Origin: the human T2T-CHM13v2.0 reference genome, Homo sapiens
Direction: 5' to 3' (one strand)
Length of the DNA stretch: 64,000 bases
Assembly (NCBI RefSeq): GCF_009914755.1
Contig: NC_060928.1
The notes beneath the pieces were generated by a model. It was not told where the DNA came from, did no database searches, and was given only the letters and a program-made list of their open reading frames with translations. Each line of letters starts with the position of its first letter. The first letter of the stretch is position 1. The translations under genes and the position numbers were made by a program. Positions 1 through 13,788 of the stretch are shown here, piece after piece.

Positions 1-3000
1 TGGTCTTGGCTGGTGTCACAACAAAGCCAACGTTTCTAACAATGTTCAGCATCTCTAATAATATGCATTATTTTGCACTGTTCTGTTTCATACATGATAT
101 AATTTTGGTCTGACTTTCATGGATAAAAACAACCATGATAGAAAGAGAAAAATGGAGATAAAGGATTCTGTTCTGAGTAACACTATTTACATAACAATAT
201 CTTCCTTTCAATCTAGACAAAATATGGAGCAATAAACACTTTTAGAAAAAGTGAATAGTTTGAAGGAGCTTGAAGGTGCAGTACCAGGCAATTATATTCA
301 CACATAATAATACTTTGTTAAATGATTTGACATGGTTTTTCCACAAACGCATTGCTAGGTTAATAGCTATGTAGAGAAAGAGTACAGGTTTTATACAATT
401 CATGGAGATGCCTCAGTTCCATAATATATGTCATTTTAGGAGTAAAGGATGATGGTAAATCATCTTAGACAGAACCCTCTGGAAAAATCTTCTCCAGAAG
501 CTCCTATCCAGTGGGCCTTGGATGTCAGAGTGGCCTTGAGCTGTGGCAAGGAGTCTGAAAAGCTGTACTCAATCAACATTTTCTGTTAATTCAATAGGCA
601 TATGACCATTTTGACATGACACCATGACCTGTTTGAAAATTTCTCATTTAAGTGTGAGAAATACAAACATAAAGTGTTTAAAATCAGGTATTCGTGGTCA
701 TACCTCTAGTCACTGACAGGGTGCTTTTCAAATATCCACCAAATCCAATCGACTAAGATAAGCACATATGTTGTTGGGTTTCTTAGTGAATGGCAAAGAG
801 GTTTTGAACATCAAGCGTGACCTATTAACTTTTCAAACTTTGATTACATTATGTTTTATACAAATTTAGTCAAAAATCTCTCTTAAGAAGTCTAGACAGA
901 CAGTAGGGTTAAATTCACATTTCCTCTCAGAGTTTAAACTTGAATTTGTTATATTATATATTGTCTTAAAGAAAGTGAAGGCCTTGTTTATTTTTACCTG
1001 TTTTTCTAGAAGGTGGTCTTGGTTCTTATTTGTAGCAATTTTTAAAAATGTGGAACTTATAATTCATGAATTTATCTGACAGTTGCAAAGGCACATATAT
1101 TGCTTTGTATAGAGTCTTTGGTTTGAATCTGCTCAAAAGCAGAATATTTTTAGAGACAGCAGGTTTCTACAGATATGGTGGTAGTATATTTTAATTTCTC
1201 TTGGTTAACTACAGACACAAATCACAAATATTAATATTGAGACAGGAAATGCAATTACTTTCCCATTCTATATTTATACTGCTACCATACATGAATCATA
1301 TCCCTGAAACTATATTTTGTAGTATTTTTCTCTGCTGAATACAAAATTTAGAGTAAATTTGGTACTCTGGCTCTACAGGAATGGCCAGAATTCTAATATG
1401 TGGTTTCCATTAGATATGCATTCAGAATTCCTCTTGTGCTTCAAACAATTACTGGAAAACAATGCACACTGCTACTTGCCAACATAACTGGAACTATATG
1501 GGAGAATTATAAGAGCATAAAAGTTTTGGCCTACTTAACACAGTGATATTAGGGCTTATGGATATAACATCATTGTGCTAGGGATTTTTTTATTGTTATC
1601 AAAGTGAATTGAAATTTAGTAGGATAGAAATGTTTGTATTGTTGCTGTTAAATCATAGAACAATAATAATTATTGTACTGCCAATAAATGGATAGCAGGG
1701 ATAAAGGCAGAATAAACACGCTATATAACGGCTGTTTAAAGCTTCTGTTAATGTTCATTTAAATACTAATTAAAATCCAGTAAGAAAGATAAAATAGCTA
1801 GGTTAGCTATGATGTACAAGAACAATGAACTTTTTTTTCATTCGGTTGGGTTTGGTTTGTGATCAAAGGCAGCCTTGAAAGAAACAAGCTGAAGTGCAAG
1901 GAATCTCCAAACATATTTCAAAGATTATGTTTGTCTATCAAGGAACAGAATAGTGCTGTCATAGGTTTGTCAAAATAAATACAGAGATGCCATTATTCTC
2001 TCTGTCTTCCCTGGGTGGGTTTCAACTGCCCATCAGCAGAAGTAATTTTCCTATTTCCAGATACTTAATGTTCCTTGTGCGCTTTCTTTACAGGTGTTGT
2101 CTGGCATACAATATGTTGGTAGAAATAGACTTGTCACTACTTACCACTCTGTAGAAATACAAGCATTTATGAAGTCTTGCTTTTGTAATTCTTTCTGAGA
2201 TTCTCTTTGAATGAATTCTCAAGTAAAAAAATTAAAAACATATTTAAAAATTTTGCAATGTAAACACTTTAAAAATAAGCTATATATTAGCAATTCAGCA
2301 GTAAAGTGAATTTTCAGTGATATGCATAAAAGATTTAAACAGATCCTCAAAAATCCACTAAAAATGCAAAAAAAAAAAAAATTTATTCAATTTCCAGTAA
2401 AGCAGCTTACAAATATTTTTAAAAATAATTTTGGAATAGATATTTTGAAAAAACAAATTTGTCTGTATGTATGTTGATTTTTAAGTTGAGTTTTACTTTG
2501 CCATATATGAAATGTTTTTTTCTTTTCATTTTTTTTTTGGTGTCTAAAAATTTGAAATAACCAAACACAACAATGTCCATTTATCTTTTTTATGGCAACA
2601 TTTAGCATTATCACCCAGGCTTTAAGTATCCTTAGTATCATTTTTAACTTCTTGATTAAAAAAACAAAAACAAAACCAGTCTTGAGATTAAGTTGATTAA
2701 TTGTCCAATTCATTTTTCTCCTTTCTCTTGTAAATTGAATTCTTCTCAATTTTGAATCAAATTAACAACCAATAGTTGCCACATTGGTTACAAGAATCTA
2801 ACTATATTTGCCAAATACTTAGCAGGGGTCAGCCATCAGTTTAAGGGCAACTACAGGTAGTAGTGTGTATATGCTTTTATAGGTAGCCCAATAGGTCTTA
2901 TGTGATTCTGCGAAGTATCATAAGTTCAGGAAACTCTGCAGGCATTGTTCAGATCTAACATTATGTTCCATTTACATTGACGATTTTAAGAAAATTTGTT

Positions 3001-3084
3001 TTTTCTATTGTTTTTATTCTTATTTGCCATTTTTATATTTTGTTTTATTACAAGCTTTGTTTAAAAACACATCCCAACTCTGTT

Positions 3085-4350
3085 TCTGAAACAGATGAAA
3101 TAACAGGGAGCAGATACACCCTCCTTCCTGAAACAACCAAAAACCCAAATATATGAAACAAAGATTTGCAATCCAATTCACAATCAGGCAATGAAGTACA
3201 GTGATCTCATAGAGCTAAAAAATAAACGAGGTGAGCCCGATGATTTCCACAGTTTGCTGTCTTGAGAGAGTTTTCAGGGTGATTCAGGAGGCAAGAACCA
3301 CATGAAAGCATTAGAAATAATAGAGAGAGCCCAGCCAGTAATAGTGTCTGTTTCTGCTTAGCCAGACAGAAAAATTTCATAGTTCATGGGGAATAAGGTA
3401 GAGTTCTCAGAATACTCAACCCTAAACTAAATGCTGTTCTGGCCCTTCCACAAAACATAAAAGGAAGAACCAAAAGGATCAAACTCTTTACAAGTAAATC
3501 AGCTGCATCCCAGAATTTTTTTTTCTCAAGTATATCTATAGGAATATAAAAATATTCAGCACCAAAAATGGTAAAATGTACAATGTTTGGCACCCAGTTA
3601 TAAATAACCCTGTGCTATAGACTGAATGTTTGTTTACTGCAATTCATATGTGGAAATTCTAACCCCCAAGGTGATAGTATTAGCAGGTGGGACCTTTGGG
3701 AGATAATTAGGTCATAAATTCAGAATCTTCATGTTTGGGATTAGTGCCCTTATAAAAGAAGTCCCAAACAGCTAGCTAACCCCTTCCAACATATGAGCAT
3801 AAAGTGAGAAGTCATAGTCCATGAATTGGAAAACCAGCCCTTGCCAGACACTGAATCTGCCAGTGGAATTAGACTTCCAGCCTCCAGTACTATGAGAAAC
3901 AAGTTTCAGTTGTTCATAAACCACCTAGTTTATGGTATGCTTTTATAGCAGCCCAAACAGACTAGGACGCCTGTCATGCAAAGCAGCAAGAACATACTAT
4001 CCACAATGAGAAGAAAAATACATAAAAACTGACTCAGAACTGATGTTAGAGTTATCTGGCAAATAGATGATAACAGTTATTATAATAGCATTTCATACTT
4101 TCAGAAAGATAAGTAAACACTTAAGTAATAAAAAGACCCAAATCAAACTTCTGGAAACAAAACCTACCACATCTGGGATAAAAAATATACTGGTTGGAAA
4201 TAAAAGCCGAATATTTATTACAGAAGAAATGATCAGTAAACTTGTAGACATATCAATAGAAACTATCAAAATCCAAATACTCATGGCAAAGAGAATAATC
4301 AACATGAAAGTAAAAGTGAACAGAGTATCAGTAAGTTCGGTGTGACTTCA
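3085..4350 (+). mobile_element. Ancient L1M (L1ME-like) 5'/ORF1-region fragment, interrupted by an MLT1A LTR
   Basis: A-rich + strand with degenerate L1 ORF1-like tracts (aatcaaacttctggaa...aaaaatatactgg...atcagtaaacttgtagaca...atagaaactatcaaa); ORF 4067-4345 lies within it. Confidence 0.6.
3611..3969 (+). mobile_element. MaLR solo LTR, MLT1A-type
   Basis: Starts tgtgctatagactgaatgtttg, contains ggattagtgcccttataaaaga and gacttccagcctccag, ends atagcagcccaaacagactaggac. Confidence 0.85.
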
Positions 4351-4432
4351 AGTGGCCTGGTTTGAAGCATGGGCTATTTTTGTGTTTTAGGTATTTATTG
4401 AGCAATCAAATCATACATAGCAATGTGTAGGA

Positions 4433-4592
4433 GACAGGTGTGGTGGTGTATACCTATAGTTCCGGCTACCAGGGAGCAGAGGCAGGAGGACCACTTGAGC
4501 CCGGGAGTTCCAGGTTGCAGTGAGCTATGGTCATGTAACTGCACTCCAACCTGGGTGATGGAGTGAGACCCTGTCTCTTAAGAAAAAAAAAA
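4433..4592 (+). mobile_element. Alu right-arm monomer (FRAM/AluJ-like)
   Basis: ggcaggaggaccacttgagcccgggagttc...gcagtgagctatg...gagtgagaccctgtctc followed by an A tail; no left arm. Confidence 0.85.
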
Positions 4593-5519
4593 GCAAAGTG
4601 TGAAGGCTATTGAAATATACAATAAAGATGGGATAGGCTTGCTGCCTTCATTATCCAACATTTTAGTCGGGATCCCTCTATTACATAAGTAATTATTATT
4701 TTATACTCCTTTGTCTACATACATTAATTTGATACACAATCAAATATCAGAAGGATGGCATATTCTAATTTATTTCAGTCTCTTAGAATGACATCATTAC
4801 CTGGTCATTGAGACATTCTTTTTGTGTTAAAAACATTCTACCAAAATAATCCAAATTTGTTACCAAATGTATATGATGTATTTTCAAAGTTGGTGAACTC
4901 AATCGTTTGAAAAATTATTATTATTTCACTCATGTGACTCTCATAGTCTCAAATCTTTCTGAAAATCTATAATAGTCCATTAATATTTTGACATGAGTCT
5001 TCATCATTTGAGAAATTTGATTTATACATTTTCGTTTTCTAATTTTAAAAAGAAACAAAAATACTATATACATTTATATTATTCTGAACAAACATGGTTT
5101 GTATTGTCAAACCTAAGTACGCAAAAATAATCAGATTGAGAATGAGAAGAACACTAAATGGAGAGATCTCACTTTTCTCTAAGGTTGTCGAGCTCACTCT
5201 TTTACAACACCGCTTATAAATATTTCTGTTTCCTGTAGTGATCTATTATGAACACTCTTTTTTATTTTATTAGACAAGTATTTAAACTATAATGTGTCAT
5301 TTGATTCACTTATTTCACTGAAAATTGGTTCATTCTGTGGTTATAATTGTTTACAATTTAGGAAAGTCTCATCTTTTCCAAGAGAAATTTATCAGCTCAA
5401 AAAATATTTAATAATGAAGAAATCATAAGAGAAAACGTAATTCTTTTAAAGTGAACGACCGAGACATGGTTAGTGGTAAATTACTTGAAAGAAAAAGGAA
5501 AGTCACAGACAATAGTAGC

Positions 5520-5790
5520 TGTTATTTGTACAATGCTTTGGTGTTTACCAAGCACTTTCACATATATTATCTCATTTAATCTTTACAACACAGCTATATG
5601 CTAAATTTTATTTTGTGGAAGAGCAAGTTGACAGGCATAAAATGAAGTAAATTTATCTATTCATTTTTTTATGGCACCATGCTTTATTCCACAAATGATT
5701 TAGAGTGTCAAGCAAAATGACTTGCTGCAAGTTCACTAGTAAGTGGCACAGCTGGGATTTCAATTCGTGTTTTCTACTCCAGGTCACTGT
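5520..5790 (-). mobile_element. MIR SINE
   Basis: agcactttcacatatattatctcatttaatctttacaaca and aagtggcacagctgggatttcaa match the reverse MIR core. Confidence 0.65.
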
Positions 5791-6430
5791 TCGAGGCTGA
5801 CAAAGTATATTGAAAGGTTTGCTTTGGATAAATAGCTTCCTAATGATGAATCCTGGCAGCTCAGGCTTCTGTGCATTTAACTGTGTGATCAATGTCGTGC
5901 CAATGGGCATGAGAAGATGCCTAGGCAGCATGTGTAGTCTGATGCGGCTATTTGGACCCATAAAAGAAAACGAACATAGTGTAACTGTGATCTCTCTATT
6001 ACATAAATAATTATTATTTTAAACTCCTTTGTCTACATACATTCTCCTTTGTCTACATACATGAATAGTAAGGACATGAATACCAATCATAAATAATAAT
6101 CACAGTGGGTTTATTAACTCCATTTCACTTAGATTGGTCAGTGAAATAAAAATCCACAAAGATTTATGTTTCAAAGACTATTTTTCATGATAGTGAAATG
6201 TATTCCTGCACCAAGAGCTGGTTTATTTTCTCTTCAAAATGTGACACTACCTATTTCCTCCATAATCCTAGTCAAACCTATCTATTTGCTTTAAATATTT
6301 GCCATTGTCTCTCCTAGAGAAGAGATGATTGTCAGATCACCAAAACTAGAAAAAGAACAAAAGTCACTTAAAATTAAAGTGAGTAGTCTATGAGATACAT
6401 GAAACAGTGGGATAGAAGTAGAAACATGCC

Positions 6431-6710
6431 GGCCGGGCGCGGTGGCTCACGCCTGAAATCCCAACACTGTGGGAGGCCGAGGCGGACGGATTGCCTGAGG
6501 TCAGGAGTTTGAGATCAGTCTGGCCAACATGGTGAAATCCCATCTCCACTAAAAATACAAAAAAGGTGCCGGACGTGGTGGCATGCGCCTGTAATTCCAG
6601 CTACTCAGGAGGCTTGGGCAGGGGAATTGCCTGAACCAAGGAGGTGGAGGTTGCCGAGATTGTGCCACTGCACTTCAGCCTGGGCGACAGAGTGAGACTC
6701 CCTCTCAAAA

Positions 6711-6749
<39 letters not shown>

Positions 6750-6796
6750 ACAAACAAACAAACAAATAAATAAATAAATAAAATAAAAATAAATAA
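6431..6796 (+). mobile_element. AluS with (TAAA)n/(CAAA)n microsatellite tail
   Basis: Full dimer from ggccgggcgcggtggctcacgcc; TSD agaagtagaaacatgc (6414-6429) / agaagtagaagcatgc (6797-6812). Confidence 0.97.
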
Positions 6797-8639
6797 AGAA
6801 GTAGAAGCATGCACCTGGACACTGTGTGTAATTTCCTAATTGCATTCTCCTAACTCACACGCAGAAATAACCAGCATCCTGAGTTGGTGTTGATCATTTC
6901 TTTGCTTACCTATAGTTTTTTAAACCTGTGTTTATTTTCTATAAAAGTCACATCTCTCTATGAATAACTTATTTAAAAGAAGTTTCCTAGAGAGTAATAT
7001 GAAATGCATATTCCTCTGCATTTTCTTTTGCGGAATTTCTCTGCATTTCATATTTCTCTCTAGGAATGTTTTATACAAATATACCATCTAAGAATTCACT
7101 GCAATGTATAAAATAACATTTTGAAGTGAAAAAAGAAGTATGATTTTTTTGATAAGTAAGTCACAGTGTAAGTTTATTCTTTGAATTTTTAATGTTAATA
7201 AATAAAGCTATTACCAAAATAAATACTAGTATTTCCATTTGGAGATACCATCTTGAATTTACCACTTTACTAAAACATGGCTAACTTAATATTAGACTCG
7301 TTGCAGATTTCATCAGGTGTGTTGTTCTGCCCAAAGTTCTGACAAAGCTCAAATCTTAATCTCGTCCAATGAAATCTAGTTATTCTGGACAAGATAACTT
7401 AATGACAAGTTCATGTGAACCCATAATATACTCTTCAATCAATCATTTATTTTAAATATTGCAGAAAAATTATTGCCTATATAAAAGATAGTTGTTTAAT
7501 TAAAAACGTTCTTAGCTCTAGAATCACTCCTTAGCAAATCCATGGGGTGCTTTAAAAAATAAAATCATAATGGTATATTCCCTTGTCTTCACTAGTTAGA
7601 ACATGAATACTAATCATAAAATGTTTCTATATAGTCTACATACCGCATATCTATATGCTAAGCATTGATACTAATTGGGATTTAATCCAAAATTAGTTTA
7701 TTTCTCACCTGAAAATAATAACAGTAATTATATTGGGGAAAGACAAGGTGAAGATGTCCTTTCAATAGGATAAATGCAATGAAGATGCAGAGACATATCT
7801 TTGAATTAATTGAAAAGTAAGTATTTAAGAATGTTTTTACCAGCAGGAGTATGCAGAGCCATCTACAATACACACACGTGCACACACACACACAATGCCT
7901 TTGCTTCTTTTGATTTGAGAGTGTAAGCATGAAGAGGATATAATAATCAGCCATTCTGTTTTTTTTTTCTTATATATTGCAATTACACAGAATTACAATG
8001 AGGAGTTCCTGGGGAAGAAGAACCCAGGAACACTGATTATTGAAACTAACCAGTGTTTCAATATCATTGTTAAATTACTTGCCATCCTATACTTTCATGT
8101 AGCGCTCTTTCTGTGAAAAAAGAAGAAAATAGTATGAAATTACCATGCTAAAATGTTGTACTGTGAACCTACTAATTATGTTTATTGGCTTCAACAAATT
8201 TTTAAATTAAATTCTCAGGGAGAGGGAATGATATCGAACTACCAGTTTCAGGTAATTTATTAGACAATTTGAAAGCTTTAAAAACATATTCAAGGTAGAA
8301 ATTTAAATGTTTCGTATTTATCTTTTTTGGTTTCAGCCAATCAGAATAACTTTATTGAACATTTCCCAAGTCCTGATGTAAACCATCTCTTAGGGTCTTA
8401 AAACCATTAAGCAGCAAAACCTTGGCAAAAGCAACAAGTCATGTGGTATAAGGAAGACCCTTGAAATAACCACAGAGGAAAGGACTTTGGAGTAATGGCA
8501 GAAACCATTATCTTGGCAGTTAATAAACCAACTGGAAGATCACGTCTCCCCTAAGTTCTTTTAACCCCATAATATGGGGTCAGGGAGAGTATGGTACAAC
8601 GAATGGAGGCCGTGATTCCCTTAATCATCATGGGGCATC

Positions 8640-9770
8640 AGGGGCAGGTGCAGCATAAAACCTTCCTTATTAAAGATACCTCCTCCTTCTTAATACATGG
8701 TTTCCCCTTGGCTCCCAGGACACTACAATCTCCTGGTTTTTCACTCACTCACTAGACATTCCTACTGATTATTGCTGATTTCTCTTGTTCTTTCATATTT
8801 CTCAGTACTGCAGAGTCTCAAACCTCAGTCCCAGCCCTCTCCCTTTCTCCTTCTACATCTATATCCTCATATGAGCTAATCTAATTCCGTATCTTTAAAT
8901 AATATGCATATGCTGAGAACTCTCAATTCTGCATTATTTATTTATTTATTTATTTATGCCTCTTGGCTCTCTCTCCTCACAGAACTCATCTCCATAAGTT
9001 TTCCTAATTCTACTACTCATGCCACCATCTAAAGTATATCATTTTTCCTCTGGATTATGTAGTAGCTTTCTAACAGGTAGCATTGATTTAAACCCAACTA
9101 CCTCTCCCCATGGCCCAATTCTTCACACTCAGCAGAAAAGCCAGAGTGATGTGTTAAAGACGTAAGTCCAATAATGTCTCTTCTCCATTCAAAGCTCTAC
9201 AATGGCTTCGCCATTTCACTCAGTGTAGAAGCCACTTTTCACAATGGCCTGAAAGTCAGGGCCATTATTAATTCTCTGATTGTAGCTCTTAATCTCTCTT
9301 TCTTACTCAGTCCATTCCAGGATATTAGCCTCAATACAGTTCTAGGAATATTCTAGGCAAACTCCTTCCTTAGGGTCTTTCCTTCAGACCCCAAACTGAA
9401 ATTTTCTTCTCCTAAATATCCTTTTGAGTTTGGAAAATATTTTCCATGTTCTTCAAGTTTTCCCCATAGCTTACTTTCTCAATAAAACCTAGTTTTTCTT
9501 TTTTTTTTTTAGCCTTAACATTACACCTACCCCACCAACCTCTTTTTCCTAATCTATGCTTATGTTCTATTTTTTCCTTAGCACTTCTCATCTTCTTATG
9601 CATAATATAATTTATCAAAAGGAGATAAATTATATTATGGCTTAGCATCTTTCACTTACCACTAGAATGTAAGCCAACCAAAGAGTAGGTATCTTTTTTC
9701 AGTGATGCATCTACAGGGACTAGAACAGGGCCTTGCATGTGGTAGACATCCATAAATATTTGTAAAACAA
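8640..9770 (+). mobile_element. L2 LINE 3' fragment
   Basis: Pyrimidine-rich L2-like body (ggctcccaggacactacaatctcctggttt; gccagagtgat...) ending actagaatgtaagc...ctagaacagggccttgcatgtggtagacatccataaatatttg. Confidence 0.7.
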
Positions 9771-10244
9771 ACAAAATTGGAGATAGCGGTGAGGAGATGT
9801 GGAACATGAATGCATTTATAAAAGCTTTTCCACATCAGCAAAGAAAACCAAGGAACTATTGCAGAAGATTCTCATATAGCAGTGTCAAAACTTCAACATT
9901 TGTGCAATTGTGGTTATAAAATATCTGTACCAATTTTAATATAGTTGATAAAGACTGCGTATTAGGAGAAAAGGTTAAAATTTAAAGGAATAAATTTCAA
10001 GCAATTAGAGAGATTGGGAATTGACATCACAGCCCTAGGACCTAAGTGAGACACAGAAGTGGAAATGGGTGGAGCAGAGAATCACATAAAAACAGAGAAA
10101 AGCAGTTAGGACATAGCCAGTATGATGAAAAAGAGGAGTATATCCTAGAATTGTAACAGAAATGGCTATAGCTAATCTTCAATAAGGGCCATACTAGTGA
10201 TTTATTTGAGAGGAAATATATCCGGAGCCAAACAGCATAATTCC

Positions 10245-10455
10245 TGGAGCCTATCTGCCTGGCTCAGCTGCTTATAAGCTGTGTGACCTTGACCAGAGGT
10301 TTCGCCTCTCTGTGTTTTAATTTCCTTTTGTCTGAAGTAAGGGTAAGAATAGCACACCCTCCTCACAGAGTTGTTGCTAAAAGAGTCCACATGTGTCAAA
10401 CACTTAGAACTGCATCTAGCACATGGTGCAGGCCATATAAGCATTAATTATTAGC
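10245..10455 (+). mobile_element. MIR SINE
   Basis: agctgtgtgaccttgacc...cctctctgtg...cctcacagagttgttg...cacttagaac. Confidence 0.8.
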
Positions 10456-11379
10456 AGTAGCAGTGGTAATGGTTGCCTACTGTGTTGATGCATAGAGTAA
10501 TGACAGCCCAAACTGTGGGTCCTAGAAGGGACTCTGCACCTAGTTCCAGATTCACATATTCAGGGCAAGCAAATGTGAATGCCACATATCCTAGTTGGAG
10601 ATAGTGTTAAAGAAAAGACTGTGGACAAATATATTTGGGAGATACTATATACCATATGAATCTCTTTAGTAGATTCATTTCTACAACCATCCACCTTGTT
10701 CTGTACTAAATACAAATAGTGCTGTTTAATTAAACAATTTCCCACACATATTTGATTGCAGAAACTTTAGTTATAAAATATCAACTAATATTTTACGTTT
10801 ACGCTACAAAGGGAACTGACACATTTTTATTTGTAATATACTGTCACTTCTGAGATTGAGTTTCTTATATCTAATTAATCCCGTATTTTGCCAATACTTT
10901 GGTAACTGACAAATGTTTGACTTGGTCAGTGTTGTTATTGCATCCATATAGAAGTGCTATAGCCATCATATCAATCTATTCAATATGTTTTCGTTAAAAA
11001 TAAGCATCAGTCAAAATGTATTTTTGACTAAAAATAAATATCAATTATAAGTAAAAATAGGCATTGCAATGATTTAAAAAACTTTACAAATGGAACTGAG
11101 GCATTCACACAAAGCATTAGGTATGTCCAAATAGCTTTTAGCCTCAGATGCTAATTCAAATGAGTGTACTGTAATCTGATTGAATATGATTGTAAAGAGA
11201 AACATGTAACATTAACAAAACTTAGAACATATACAACTAAAAATTATATTGAAATTTTCAGAGGCAAAGAAACTGTTATTAAGTGTTCAGGGGAAAACAA
11301 TACTTTTAACTGGCAGGTTTTCATTATATCAAAAATAAAAATTATAGTCCCCATAATGTGGCTTCTTCTTATGAATTTG

Positions 11380-11840
11380 ACTACACTCCCAACTAGCCTC
11401 CCTTTTTCTTACTTTGCTCCAGTCACATAATTACTCCTGGTTGTCACTTCAATACACTGGACCTACTCATAGCTACAAGGCCTGGGTACATGCTGTTTCC
11501 TGTGACCACAGTGCTCCCCTCTTCCCAATATCCCCATGGATGACACAGAAACCCACACATGTCTCAGCTCAAATGACCCCTTTTCAGTGCAGCCCTCTTG
11601 GCCCTTTTAACATTAAAATTGTCCCTGTACTTCCATTTGTCCTCCACTACTTTGTTACACAGCTCTCATAAAAATCTCTCATATTACATATTATAGCTGT
11701 TTGATTATTTCCTGACTTCCTCCACTGGAATATAAGCTATTAAAGAACAAATATTCTTGCCCATTTTACTGCTGTAATCTTTTGGACTAAAACAGTACCT
11801 GGCATATGGGAGGTGTTGAATAGTTGGTGAATAAGTCAAC
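11380..11840 (+). mobile_element. L2 3' end fragment
   Basis: cactggaatataagct...aacagtacctggcatatgggagg resembles the L2 3' terminus. Confidence 0.6.
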
Positions 11841-11926
11841 TAAACATTAAATAGTGAATAAATTTTTAAAAATCTTCATGTTAATTTCTTTTTTTAATAT
11901 TTTTAGCTTCTTAATAGTGATACCCT

Positions 11927-12291
11927 CTGTGTTTGTCCCTTCTGACACTGCTATAAAGAACTGCCTGAGACTGGGTCATTTATAAAGAAAAAAGATTGAA
12001 TTGACTCACAGTTCTGCATGGCTGGGGAGGCCTTAGGAAACTTACAATCATGGTGGAAGGCAAAGGGGGAAGAAAGGCATGTCTTACATGGTGTTAGGAG
12101 AGAGAGCAAGCACAGGGGAAAATGCCACTTTTTAACTATCAGATGTCACAAGAACTCCCTCACTATCATGAGAACAGCATGTGGTAAACCGCCCTCATGA
12201 TCCAGCCACCTCCACCCAGGTCTCTCCCTCAACATGTGGGGATTACAATTCAAGATGAGATTTGGGTGGGGACACAGAGCCAAGTCATATC
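11927..12291 (-). mobile_element. MaLR solo LTR (THE1D/MSTA-type)
   Basis: gactcacagttctgcatggctggggaggcc...caagatgagatttgggtggggacacagagccaa, the reverse of the THE1/MST LTR start. Confidence 0.9.
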
Positions 12292-13788
12292 CTGCTCTAT
12301 CTAAAGACTTTCCTCAGAATCCTTTATGTTAGGAGTGCCATCCTAGTGTGCCATCCTAGTGTTCGTTCAAGAAGTCAGGGATACATGTGAGGTCTTTCTC
12401 TCTCTGTTCCACTGTCTCTAATCTTTCACAGGGAATGACAGTCCATCATCCTAATCTATCATTTCTCATACTGATCCTTTTCCGTGGTCACTGCCCCTGC
12501 CTTAGTTCAGGTTCCGGTCATATTTTATTCAGAATTTTATAATAGCTTTTTTCATGCCTCCTGGCCCAGTCTCCCTACACTACTCTCATCCATCTTACTA
12601 TATTTATAACCAATATTTCAGATTGGTATATCAGGTCATGTCACTTCCTTCATCAAAGTTCTTTTATATCCCTGTTGTCCATAAGAAGAGAAACAATGTA
12701 GCATGCAGGTCCCAGACTCATTTCCTTCCTCTATTTTGCTGCTCTCCAGTGACAGTGAATTATGTGCAGTTTTCTGAAACTTCTCAGTCTCAGTGTTTGC
12801 ATATATTGTTCCTTCTACATTGGATACACTCTGTTTCCCAAGTGGCCGAACATTATTTTCTGACTCATACCATGTGGCTATTCTAAAATGCTTGCTTAGA
12901 ATCCATCAGTGACACATTTTCCCCTCTGTCTTCTTACATCACCATTTGAGCACTGTCCATGCTACTGTAACTACTATTTTAAATTCACCTATTAGGCTCT
13001 GAGGCTCTCAAAAGCAAGGGGCACATTATATTCTTATTTTTCAGGATAATTTTTTATTTATAGTACATCCTGTAATGCTTGGCATTTAATAGTGTTTTCA
13101 GAATCAAATGTATAAAGAATATTTTAGGGCAAATGAGACAAATTTTATTTATGCTATTCTTGGTGAGCTTAATTTTATTCCATTTGGTAAACTCTGTTTT
13201 TCTTTTTTTTTTAAATTGTATAAACTCCAGTTTCTTTGTTATTTATTAATTAATATTCATATATCTATGAAAATCTTGCTTTCTCCCTAGATAAATTTTG
13301 AAAATAATCAAAACTTTGAAATATATTTTACAACGAAAACAACTTGCTTTTTTTTCTTTCTAATCAGTAAAGAGCACAAGAGCAGTAGAATGACATTAAA
13401 TAATGTTCATAATTTAAAACTTTCATTTTCTTTGTTCTTGACTTTAGTTCATTAATACCATAATAGATGTTTCTGGTGTACGTTTCAGCTAATTGCCTTA
13501 CATATTTAAGGTTTTTACATGCATGTATTACAATCTTTTGTTTCCCCAAAATGTGGCTACAATCAGTCAGGTAGTTTTTGAGTTTGTTCTCTTATCACTC
13601 CAGCCATGATTTCAGGGAAATCGAGTGCTTTGTTAGCTGTGTTCTCTTATGAGACCACAGAGAACTACAATTTCACAAAGATGAATTGAGAGACAGATAA
13701 TTCTAATATTTTCAGAACATGGTCTCTATATGATTTTTAACCATGTTTTAGTCAGTCTTCAGAGAACATTCCATTTAGATTTATATAT

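Noticed and set aside
4067-4345. 92-aa ORF with coiled-coil-like character
   Set aside because: Appears to be a degenerate L1 ORF1-region remnant, not a host gene.
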